From contig NC_057746.1 of assembly GCF_004010195.1 (NCBI RefSeq), positions 27,538,374 to 27,602,373 of the forward strand: a DNA stretch of 64,000 bases, given 5' to 3'. This document shows positions 10,801 through 20,912 of the stretch, piece by piece. The position numbers and the translations under genes are program-made. Position 1 is the stretch's first letter, and every line of letters begins with the position of its first letter. The DNA is from Chiloscyllium plagiosum (taxonomy: Eukaryota). The notes below the pieces were generated by a model. The model had not been told where the DNA came from and made no database searches. It saw only the letters and a program-made list of their open reading frames with translations.

Positions 10801-13800
10801 TTCCCGTCTCTAACCAAAACTTTAACCTATCTTTTTCCTTTTCAGACGCTGAAGGACCCGATTGGCTGAATTCTCCTGCTGGTGGCAGGTTAGCGGCTGG
10901 GTGGGAAAAGCACCCGGCCACGTAACTCCGCTGCTGAACTTTGACCCCAAAGCCTTAATAAACCTTGCAGCCTCATTAGGAGCGCTGACTTCAATTCTCA
11001 CGCGGGGGTTGATTGTTGCCGCAACTGTTACCGGGTTGGAACTGGAAATGCAAGGTTCCGTTGAAAGCCAGTGGGGGAGGGCAGGGCTGGAGAAACTAAC
11101 ACGAAGTCAATAAGATTCTCAAAAAACTTTCGCTCAAGCGTGTCAGTCGAGGTTCCAACATAGGATATCTTATATTGCAATGGTGTGGTTATAGGTGATC
11201 GGAGGGTGTTGGGACAAAACAAGTGAATGAGTTACATGTTTAATACAGACAGAGGTAAGCTGAAGATATGCTATTGAATACAGATTAGCCACTGTCTCAT
11301 TCAATAATGAAACAGGCTGGAGGGGCTGAATGGCCTACTCGTATTCCTATGTTCGTATGACTTCGACATGAGCAAATTCAGGTGGGAGAACTGTCAAGGT
11401 AGACTTTCTCTGGGTCAGTAGGACAACCATGCGCATACCAACACTTGAAAGCCGAGGAGCTGTCTAACAAGCCTAAAGGAATTACCCCAATAACTTAGAC
11501 TTCGGTGACTATCTAACTATTGCATCATTGCTAATTCTATGGCCTTTTATCTTAAAAGAAAAACTATTCCATTGTCAAAAGTTAGATGCCAGAAATACTT
11601 TAACAAAGCTGGAATGGTGTGAACATCAAATTAACTTAGATAGCCTTGATATAAGGTTCACTTTGAAATACCAGGGACATTTCATTGAAAGGGGCAACAT
11701 ACATTTTCCCATAAGGCAGGCACTCAGATGCAGGGTTCTATTCCAAACTGATCCTCTCTAGCTGCCTCCCTCTGTCTGCATTTTGCATTGTTTTGATATG
11801 TGTGCATGCATGTTATGAAATGTGGCGCTTTCCCTCCCCTCCCGTGCTCGACCCCATGCCCCCCAACCCCAGTTGCATATTCTTGCTGGTGGTTGTACTC
11901 CGCCCCAATCTCTTTGGAGTGTTGGAACTAATGTTCTGAGAAAACGTGATAGTCCCGATCTCACATTATACGAAAATTGTGCAATCGTCGTTTCAGTTAA
12001 TCGCGTTATAGCCAAAACATGTAAGGAGAGTCCGCGTTCCACAAATAAGGGCCTAAATGCTTCAATCGCGTTAAAGCCAAGTCGCGTTGAAGAAACACGC
12101 GTAATGGTAGAACCGACTATATGTTTCTAAAGCTTTTCTCGTCCAGTGGACCTCTTCAAGCATTTTACAATCAATTTGACGGATGAATCAGTCATTCACA
12201 GGTAATGGCAAATAAGGCAAATGGTTTCGCTTTTTCTCTTGAATGCTGCTTTTTTGAGTAGAGTGACTGTGACTTTGTAGCATTGAGTCATTTACAATTT
12301 GCATGGTCAAAATGTCGTCAACGTACTTTAGATTAGATTAGATTCTCTGCAGTGTGGAAACAGACCATTCGGCCCAACAAGTCCACACCGACCCTCCGAA
12401 GAGTAACTCACCCAGACCCATATTTATCTCTGACTAATGTACCTTACACTATGGACAATTTAGCATGGCCAATTCACCTGACCTGCACATCTTTGGATTG
12501 TGGGAGGAAACCGGAGCACCATGAGGAAACCCAGACGGGAGACTGCAAAATTCTATCCTATAGAGAGAATAGGGAAAACATTTAAACACATTTGTTTTGA
12601 TGGCTTGCACAGGATGGCGGCAAATTAGTTAATGAATCAATTAATTAAGTTTAGATCCTGGGTTGCGAGCTCAGCTCTTTCTCAGGGCAGTGATGCAATC
12701 TTCTTTCCTGGAAAGCCTGTTCTTATGCTATGAGGTTGGACGCACATTTTTCTTTTTATCCTAATCATTCTTCCGTCTTCCCGAAGTAAAAGGTCCATTG
12801 GTGTGATCCAGAACCAAGCAATTGACAGTGGTAGGAGCGGCTTTCACCTGCATTGCAGGCCTTGTGCAGTGACCTCAAATGATCACTCAGAATTCCTACA
12901 CCACCAGAAAGCTAAGGTGATGAGTGGGAAAATATAATTAATCCACAGGTGTAGCAATAGCAGGTTGTATTTAATTCAACACCTACATAGACATTCGATC
13001 CAGTTTGGAACTGAGACAAGGTGAGGGTCTCTCTCTGGGATGGTGTTGGCTCTCTCTCTCTCTCTCTCTGGGACAGGGGGAGGGTCTCTCTCGCTTGGAC
13101 AGGATGAGGATGTCTTCTAACACAGGGTGAGGGTCTCTCTCTGTCTTTGGGACAGAGTGAGGATCTTGATTATACAATCAAATAGTGCAGAAGAAGGCCT
13201 GCGACTTAACGATTCAGTACCCACTCATAAGCTACACTAGTTGCTCTTTCCAATACTTGGCACATAGCCTTGAATGTCATGACATTTCAAGTGCTCATCC
13301 AAGTACAGCACTTTTTAAAGGTTGCGAAGTTTCCCGCTTGAACAAACCTCCCATTTCAGATTTATACGATGCGTGATAAAGGGTTTATTGTAAGCTTCCT
13401 GCTTTTCATCTTACATTATACCACCTTGTTATAGACCCTTAAACTAATTTGAAGTGGATGTTAAATGGAAGCGGTGGTTCATGATTCATGCTGGATACCT
13501 GGATGACAGTCGATGTGTGAAAGATAATCCGACAGGAGTATTCTCCACTTCACCCTTAACCCCTACCCCGTCTGAAGACAGACACTGAATCAAAGTTTAA
13601 AAAATCAGTCTCCAGTGGCTCATCCAATGAGTTTGCTTTTCTCAAACAAAACCTTTCAAGGCTTGCCGAGCTTGTTGCTTGGTTTTAGAGCAAACAATGT
13701 GCAAGGGAGCCATCACACACCTGGAAGGTAGAATATAGCTGCAAGTTCTCCTCATGATCTCCAGACTAGCTTCAGCAGGGGTGTAAAACCGGCGAAGCCT

Positions 13801-16800
13801 TTAACCGACTCGTTAGTCATAATACACAATGACAAGTTCGATTACAGTACAGAATGATGATAGCAAATTAGCCATAGTTCCAGAAGGCTACATCCTCATG
13901 AGAGAGGGACGACTGGTCCGGGAATTTAATGTGACCGTCACCGCATCTCAGGTGAGAGCTGAGGTCGAGAAGGCGGGGCCTTCATCGTGACCCTAGCCAC
14001 CATGGGAATTCATAGGGCAGAATTATTGGAGTGCAGACGGTGGTCGTTCGTCCCATTGTGTTTGTACCAAGTCTTCAAATGAGCACCATGACTCAGTCCC
14101 ATTGTTCCGGCCTTCTCTAGATACTTCTGCACGCTGTTTGCATTGAAATAATCATCAAATGCCCAGATGAATGTTTCAACTTGGGCCTGAACTGTTGGTA
14201 TCACTCTGCATGGCAAGCCAGTATAATGAGGTAACCTACACCCAAGGTAAATGAGTGATCCTTTGGGAACTACCAACCTTGATTTTTTTGTTGCTCATCT
14301 TCATCATCCTGAACAAATTTGGTGCCAATTTTAACCGATTAGAGCTTGCTTTGAGTTTATTACAGTGGCTTAAATATTAACAGTCGCTGTTTCTCTCAAT
14401 GTGAGTTGGTGGTGGGCAATCGTGATTAGTTTGGACGTTAGGGTCGAAAACGAACCTTGCTGCATGCACCTACTTGCTGTCCTGTGATATCCACTAGAAT
14501 ATGGCTTGTATGTGTTCCTGTGTGTACTGGAAAATACTCATCTGTGAAATTACTGGTAAGAATGATAACTTCCTAGAAGTACCAAATAGTTGAGCAGGCG
14601 TCCACAAACAGGAGTTATTTCTTCCCATGGAAATATTTACAGATTTCTCACATTTGACTTCGAGCTACTTTGGTGAGGTTCATCCCTCCCATAGTCCGGA
14701 AGAGTATCAGAGCTTGAATCTAATAATGGTAATAGAAACTTTAAAATATTCAGAACGCTTCTATGTAGAAAGATTAGTCGTCCTTTTGTAGAATGCTGTG
14801 CGCTGTATCTGTTTCGCACACTTTATATGCAGACAACCTAAAGCTTCAGTTACACTGTACTAACGCAAGTCGTTGATTTTATTTTCCATCGGAATTGGAA
14901 AATCTCCAGGGAAACCCTCGTTTAAATCGTGTTCAGCCCCCTTCGCTTCCAATATGCATCCCTTTGAGCAGCTAAACCCATTATTATTGACACATGCAAG
15001 ATTCGAGGGAATGTGACGTGTTTCAACACGGTGTTTCCGCTCTTGTGTAATTTAAATAAATAAGGCCTCTTCCGGCTAAGACGGAGAGGAGGGGAAATTC
15101 TTCTCAGCGACGGTCTTTTGTAGTCAGAATTCTCTCGCTGTACGTGTAGTGGATGCTGACTGAGTTCAACAAGTGTTTGATTGGCAATCATGATTTGGAG
15201 ATGCCGGTGTTGGACTGGGGTGTACAAAGTTAAAAATCACACAACGCCAGGTTATAGTCCAGCAGGTTTAGTTGCGAGCACTAGCTTTCGGAGCGCTGCT
15301 CCTTCATCAGGTGGTTGCGGAGGACTATAACCTTGTGTTGTGTGATGTTTAACTTTGATTGGCACGGGAGTCAGGTGTCGAATGACGTACTGTACGGTAA
15401 AAGTTCTGTGATTCTATAATTGGTTATGGGAAACACATATGAAAATGGAGTTCAAATGACAATCAGATTAGTCCTAAACGGGGGTGGGGGGAGGGGGCGG
15501 TTCGGATGGGGAGCAGGTCTGGTTGGTAGAATAGCCCTCTTCTGCCCATTTTATGCTGTTACAATCTTAAACAATGGTCCAGGGAATTAAATAAGCGATG
15601 TTACGATTTCCGATAGCCAGCCAAGGCTCACATTCCAATGGAACTGTATACAGCCGTCCTTTGAGATTTTTGGGAATGTTCTCTTTCTTTAGAAAAGCAA
15701 AGGTAGAGAAGTCTTCCAGGAGGAAAAGAGTGTCCCTGGCACAATTTCAGTGCTCTAGGAGGCATTAAGCTCAGAGCTTGTACCAAGCAAAAAAAACGTT
15801 GAGCATGCTCATAGAGGCGTGAACATGGCACATGTTACGATAAAGCCCATGTCCTGCTTCTTTCAGGAGGCACACTTCGCGGTATGACTCCGAGCCACCG
15901 CTCAGTTCAGCGGCTCAGCTCAGTTCCAAAATGAAACCAGACCTGAAAGGGGGTCGCGTATAAGCCGTTGATATTAGACTGAAACGTGAATTATACTTTG
16001 CAATAAAATGATTATTTTTAATTTCTTGCTCCGTTATTCTATAGATTATAAATATGCAGGCTGCACTGAACCAGCCAGTAACCCTACTTCCCGAACTGAT
16101 GCGAGCGAAGACACGCCAAGGAAACGCTCCTTTAAAAATAGCAGCGAAGAGAATAAAAGAAAATGTAATAAATTATATAATGATATCATACAATATAATA
16201 GATAGCAAGGATCTTTATAGTTTTTCGATTTTATTTTCGGGGGGGAGTCGATTTTCACTCCAGTATCTCGGAGCTCTAGAGCGCCGAGGTTCCTCCAAGA
16301 ACCGTCAGCAAATTATAATGTTAAATCATCGCATGCAGCATGAAATAGCCTGTCCTTAAGTTAATAACGTGCTTTGAAATAACTCATTTGCTGATCGTGC
16401 GTTTGTTTCCTTCTTTTCTGTTTTGTCAGTTCCAACCTATCTGACCCTGAACGCGAACACAGCTCATCCCCGGTTAGTTCTGTCCGAGGATCTGACCGTG
16501 GTCACCTACGGAGACGTGAAACAAGAGGTCAGGGACAGCCCCGAGAGGTTCGACACCTGCGTCTGTGTCCTGGGCTCCGAAGCGTTCACCTCCGGCAAGC
16601 ACTACTGGGAGGTGCAGGTGGGATCCAAGACTGAGTGGGACCTGGGTGTGGTCAGGGAGTCCATAAACAGGAAGGGGCACACCACGGCGACGCCGGAATC
16701 CGGCTACTGGATCGTGTGGCTGAGAAATGGGAACGAGTACAAGGCAACCACTGTTCCGCGGACCCGCTTGAACGTACCGAGAAAACCCCGAGCGATTGGG

Positions 16801-16983
16801 GTGTACCTGGACTATGAGGGCGGACAAGTGTCTTTTTACAACGTGGACAATATGTCCCATCTTTACACTTTCATTGACACTTTCACCGGCAAACTCTTCC
16901 CTTACTTCAGTCCAGGCATTAATGATGACGGAGAGAACTCTGAACCACTCAAAATCCTTCCAATCAGATGTCACGAGGAATAA
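1477..16983 (+). CDS. TRIM-A: RING-B-box2-coiled coil-PRY/SPRY E3 ligase (A33/NF7/TRIM69/TRIM35-like), 6 coding exons, 479 aa
   Basis: Exons 1477-1896, 2586-2681, 2763-2996, 5037-5059, 5164-5276 and 16430-16983 all have GT-AG introns and join in frame (1440 nt). Motifs seen: C3HC4 RING, B-box, GPVQYRVWK linker, [23 protein letters not shown] motifs. Confidence 0.93.
1927..2511 (+). mobile_element. CR1 LINE 3' fragment in TRIM-A intron 1
   Basis: ORF2 C-terminus ([19 protein letters not shown]); 3' UTR GGACCGAAGGGTCTGTTTCCGTGCTGTA; CTATGA tail. Confidence 0.88.
2586..2681 (+). CDS. TRIM-A exon 2 (coiled coil, 96 nt)
   Basis: TTGCAG|GAG...AAG|GTAACG; same 96-nt size in all three paralogs. Confidence 0.9.
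2763..2996 (+). CDS. TRIM-A exon 3 (coiled coil, 234 nt)
   Basis: TTGCAG|GAT...AAG|GTTAGC; encodes [28 protein letters not shown]. Confidence 0.9.
4310..4830 (-). mobile_element. Decayed LINE (CR1/L2 superfamily) ORF2 fragment
   Basis: Reverse complement resembles the KKLDTIQDKA / VYLYKMHC segment also present at 49985-50440. Confidence 0.6.
5037..5059 (+). CDS. TRIM-A exon 4 (23 nt)
   Basis: Polypyrimidine tract, TTTTAG|GAC...GAG|GTATGG; 23-nt exon as in both paralogs. Confidence 0.85.
5164..5276 (+). CDS. TRIM-A exon 5 (linker, GPVQYRVWK)
   Basis: CTCAG|CACT...CCTG|GTAAGG; in frame with flanking exons. Confidence 0.88.
6541..6880 (-). mobile_element. HE1-type shark tRNA-derived SINE
   Basis: Minus strand shows A-box GGTGGCTAAGTGGTTAG, B-box GGTTTGATTCC, a TCCCACAATCCAAAGATGT core and a CR1-derived tail. 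Confidence 0.85.
7334..7857 (+). mobile_element. Penelope-like retroelement 3' fragment (GIY-YIG endonuclease + pLTR with hammerhead motif)
   Basis: Translates to [17 protein letters not shown]../[19 protein letters not shown] with a frameshift; flanked by 13-bp TSD TACTTTAAGGCAG (7321-7333, 7858-7870). Confidence 0.85.
9500..10260 (+). mobile_element. Old decayed CR1 LINE fragment
   Basis: Degenerate RT C-terminal sequence ([14 protein letters not shown]-like) followed by a 3' UTR. Confidence 0.6.
11940..12122. mobile_element. Probable pogo/Tigger-like DNA transposon end (solo)
   Basis: Repeated CGCGTTA(T/A)AGC subterminal motifs ending in AGAACCGACTATA, reminiscent of a CAGTCGGTTCT-type TIR plus TA; no partner end found. 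Confidence 0.4.
12329..12549 (-). mobile_element. HE1-type SINE, 5'-truncated
   Basis: (TTAGA)n tail and ACCTGCACATCTTTGGATTGTGGGAGGAAACCGGAGCACC core. Confidence 0.85.
13012..13168. repeat. Degenerate minisatellite (GGGACAGGGTGAGGGTCTCTCTCT-like) with a (CT)n run
   Basis: About 4-5 imperfect tandem copies are visible. Confidence 0.7.
15187..15353 (-). mobile_element. Short Penelope-derived element with inverted pLTR ends and an intact hammerhead motif
   Basis: Inverted arms CAAAGTTAAAAATCACACAAC..GGTTATAGTCC / GGACTATAACC..GTTGTGTGATGTTTAACTTTG; 11-bp TSD TTTGATTGGCA (15176-15186, 15354-15364). Confidence 0.8.
15279..15313 (-). ncRNA. Minimal type I hammerhead ribozyme motif (PLE-associated)
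   Basis: CAC-CUGAUGA-A-GGAGC(AGC)GCUCC-GAAA-GC-UA-GUG: intact core, stem II, palindromic AGCU, stem I CAC/GUG. Confidence 0.72.
16430..16983 (+). CDS. TRIM-A exon 6 (PRY-SPRY/B30.2)
   Basis: Long polypyrimidine tract, GTCAG|TTCCA, phase 1; encodes [36 protein letters not shown]; TAA stop. Confidence 0.93.
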
Positions 16984-17394
16984 CTTGACTATTTCTTCAG
17001 TGTTTGCCTTTCCTAGGGCCTGATTATTTTGTCACTTAAATGCATTGCCTTTATTTTTTGTTCTTTTTTTAAACCTGAGCAAACTTTATGTTCCATTTTA
17101 GATTGTTTGCTAATCAGCGCTTGATTGCAGGTATGGTGCCACCCTGCATGGGGCCGTCGTGTTATTGTACCAACTTCCATATTTCAATCTACTGCGTGTA
17201 TGTTTGCATGTATTCACCACTTCTTTGCTAATGTTGACAATGCTACTTGGTAGGAGAGGCAAGAGTGATTTTAGAATGACACTGTTGAGGAGGTAAAAAC
17301 TCTCCAGCACGGTGTACTTTATAATTTTGTTTGGACTCCTCCTCAAACATTTATTTTCATCTGCTTTTCTCGAAATATTGTAATGATGAGAGTT

Positions 17395-18135
17395 TGGTGC
17401 GGTGGCAGGGCATCGTGAGAGAATGGCAAAACATACCTTGAGCTTCCTAAATAGAGGCAATGAGTGCAAGAGCAAGATAGTTATGCTGAACATGTATGCA
17501 ACCCTGGTCAGGATGCAACTAGAACATTGCGCCCAGTTCTGGGCACCAACCTTTAAGATAGACATGAAAGTTCTGGAGATGGGGACAAGGAGTTTTATCA
17601 AAATAGTATCAGGGAAGGAAATTTTAGCTGCATGGTTAAACTGAAGGAGCTGAAGCTACTCCCCTTAGAGTAACAGATATCAAGTGGTAATTTGCTGGGG
17701 ACGCAGAAGGTTGTGACTATTGTGGTTAGGGTACACAAGAAAACGTTTTTTATTGACCTAGCGGATTGCACCATTCTCTGGGACACAGATGAAAACTTTT
17801 GGACAACAACGCATGGAATTGTGAGATAGAAAATTGCTTAACACAGTGAATGGTAGTGAGCTGGAATTCACCATCCAGAATCAATTATTTCAAATGGGTT
17901 GGAGGTTTTATGACACATCTCAGATGGGGCTTGAACCCAGGCCTCTTGGCTCAGAGGTAGGGACACCACCACTGCGTCACCAGACCCTAATTGGATGGAC
18001 ACTAGAAGGAAATAAGCTGGCACGACTACGGAGTTAGAACAGGGGAAAATGGATTGACTATGTTGTAAAGAGAGAGTTAGCATGGCTCTGAGTAGCCGAA
18101 TTGCTTCCATATTCACGGAAGTGACTCCATGAGTC
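17395..18135 (+). mobile_element. Decayed CR1 fragment, interrupted by a tRNA-derived SINE head, in the putative TRIM-A 3' UTR
   Basis: LNMYATLVRMQLEHCAQFWAP motif; minus-strand tRNA-like head at about 17920-17982. Confidence 0.7.
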
Positions 18136-18941
18136 CATGAAATGCCTAGTTTGACACCTTTTCTTCCATGTTCTGAACTGGGAGGGGTGTGGTGACGTCG
18201 GGTGGAGAATTTTTGTTACTTCACTGGGAACAGTGGATCTGTTGCTCTCCATAGCCATTCCAAGAAATAGAGATGAGAACGTGTGTAAATCATTAAAGTG
18301 ATTTATACAAATTTCTGTTTACCCCAATGAACAGACTCGGACAAACTCCTTTAAGGATATGTGACAGATGTTCCCGTGCAATGAAGTCAATGTGTAAACG
18401 ATAAAAGATGATGTGATTTATCTATAATCTCCAGAACCAGACAGATTTGCCCAGAGAACAATTGATGCATGACAATTCTTTGCCAGCACTTGGTTAGGTT
18501 CAGGAAATAGGAGCAAATTGTGGCGAATCCCAACTTTATCCCAATACATGATGCACTTTTTTTCAGCAGTCAGCACTGGATAAAGTCAGGAGTGTGAACT
18601 TGGGTTCGCACCTTCTTGTTTCAGAGACATTTGCGGGTGGGCAAATCGAGTAATGGTCATGTTTGATAGTTTCGTGACACATCGTTCATACATTTGGCCT
18701 CATAACCATTGGGAATAGTCTCTAACATTTCTTCGGAGTCAGGTTTCTGTCAGTAATGTTAACTGTTTTACGGAATATCGTTGAGTCTTCAGTTCCTGTA
18801 AACCAACATGACTCTGCAATTATTCCAAAGACGACCTTCACTGAAGGCTTAAATGTTGCACCTTCAGCCTGTTGAACGGATGTTTGGATATTCTTAGCGA
18901 TTGAATGATGTACGATTTATTAAATTTGTAACAAATGTTTA

Positions 18942-18947
18942 AATAAA
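18942..18947 (+). promoter_or_regulatory. Candidate TRIM-A polyadenylation signal
   Basis: First AATAAA I found downstream of the TRIM-A stop; implies a 3' UTR of about 2 kb. Confidence 0.35.
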
Positions 18948-19711
18948 AAGCCTTCAGTTAAAATAAGCTCAGTTTCCTTTTAACTGGCTACATTGAACAA
19001 ATATCAGGAAGTGAAGTTGATATTTCAGTTACTGTGTAAGAAAGAATGTCGAAATCTCGAGCATTGTGTAACAAATCAGCACCAAACGGTATTGTGGGTC
19101 AGCCGAATGTTCTGCAACTGAATTTAATAGACTTCAAAACCAGGTCATCTAAATCTATTTGCAAGACCGGCCTCAAATTCTTTCATGAATGCTGTAAATC
19201 CGGTGGAGGGCTGCGACGATGACAGTGGGAGGAATTATCGCCTCAATTTTGGCAATATTTAACTGTCCTTTTTTAAAAGGCGTTTTGCCAATTTTTACTG
19301 AAATAAAAGTGGCACATATTGAAGTATCTTAAAACTGGTGTGGGTTGACGTTAAAATAATTCTAGGGTGAATTATCATATCGCTATTCGGATGCCAAATT
19401 CGTTTGTTGATCCACCCTCTTTTCCACTGCGCTTTTCATTTGAGATTAAAATTGTGTAGTGCCTGTAAGGGACAGTTGCTCAGCTATTCAGGTTTTATCA
19501 TTGGACGTGAAAGCCATAGAACTCGGATCACGTTCTGTCGTGAATATATTGAGAGTATAATGGAGTGCTTGTTCCTCACTTGGTCTCTGGAAAATACATA
19601 ATGAGATATGTAATGAAATTCACATAATTAATCAATCTGTGCGTACTGATTTCTAAATGAGCTATTGATTCTTTAATTTGCTGTTTATTTCCTTTTTCAG
19701 GTAACCGACAA

Positions 19712-20165
19712 GCACTTGGAAGGTTTAAGCTATAAGGAGAGGCTGAATAGGCTGGGGCTATTTTCCATGGAGAGTCAAAGACTGAGGAGTGACTTTACAG
19801 AGCGTTATAAAATCATGAGCATGAATAGGGTAAATGGACAAAGACTTTTCCCTAAGTAGGGAGTCCAAAACTAGAAGGCATAAGTTTATGGTGAAAGATT
19901 ATGGTATAAGAAGGGAAAGATTCAAAACGGTCGTAAGGGGCAACTTTTCGGGCAAAGGGTGCTGCGTGCATGGAGTGCGCCGCCAGAGGAAGTGGTGGAA
20001 GCTCGTACAATTACAACATTTGAAAGGTATCTGGATGGGTATATGAATAGGAAGAGTTTAGAGTGATATGAGCCAAATGCTGGAAAATGGGACTAGGCCT
20101 ATTTAGTATACCTGGTCGGCGTGGACGAGTTGGACCAAGGGGTCTGTTTCTCTCTATGACTCTAT
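19712..20165 (+). mobile_element. CR1 LINE 3' fragment
   Basis: LSYKERLNRLGLFS motif; GGACGAGTTGGACCAAGGGGTCTGTTTC 3' end; CTATGA tail. Confidence 0.85.
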
Positions 20166-20809
20166 ATTATTTATTCTTGGGTGTACAGTGTACTGAATAC
20201 TTGCAGAGAAAAGTACATTATCCTTGCAGTCAGGGCAATCTTGTTGTCTGGAAGTGCTGTGACTAAAAGTGGATTTGGAACTGTATGGAAAATCAGACCG
20301 TCGTGGTTTGATCGCCAATTACATACCTTGTCTAGTTTTATATTTCCTTTTACCACAAGATCCACATTAATAGAATGGCCTCTTACACCTATGTATTTAA
20401 TGGATAGGGTTCCATGTAGGAAGTTATGGACTTAAGCAGGGGTTTTGGCAATATTTCCTGCTCACGCGTGTTAACTAAGCAGCTGTCGGTTTCTTCCATT
20501 GCCCTTTTCTCCCGTTTGCACTCAAAGTTTCAGGCTTCATGGGAAGTTAAAGTTCCCTTAAGAGATCTAATTTCCTGAAGAAACAAGGACACAAATGTAA
20601 TAGATTTTCGTCTATCATTTGGATATGAGGGCTGTTGGAAATAAGGGACCCATCACTTATTGTCGTTGGGAATATGGTGGTGATATGCCTTATTAAATGA
20701 TAAATTGAACTGGGCAATGAAGATCATTCCTTTGTTCTTAAGTTTAGGAAAATACATGTCTAAATTAGACCAGAGGTATTTGTTTGTTTTGAGTTCAAAA
20801 GTGTGACTC

Positions 20810-20912
20810 ATGTTCCTCGGATGCTGCCGTTGTGAAGTGTGCATTTTTGCATTTTTCCAGCGCCACATTTTTCGACTCTGATGTCCAGCAACTGCAGCCC
20901 TTACTTTCTCCT
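20810..20912 (+). mobile_element. Penelope pLTR-derived fragment
   Basis: CCTCGGATGCTGCC..TTCCAGC..CCAGCAACTGCAGCCCTTACTTTCTCC; same family as 24444 and 62594. Confidence 0.55.

Noticed and set aside
19681-19706. Polypyrimidine-CAG|GTAACC, resembling a recursive splice site
   Set aside because: It lies downstream of the TRIM-A stop and likely poly(A) signal, outside any supported long intron.
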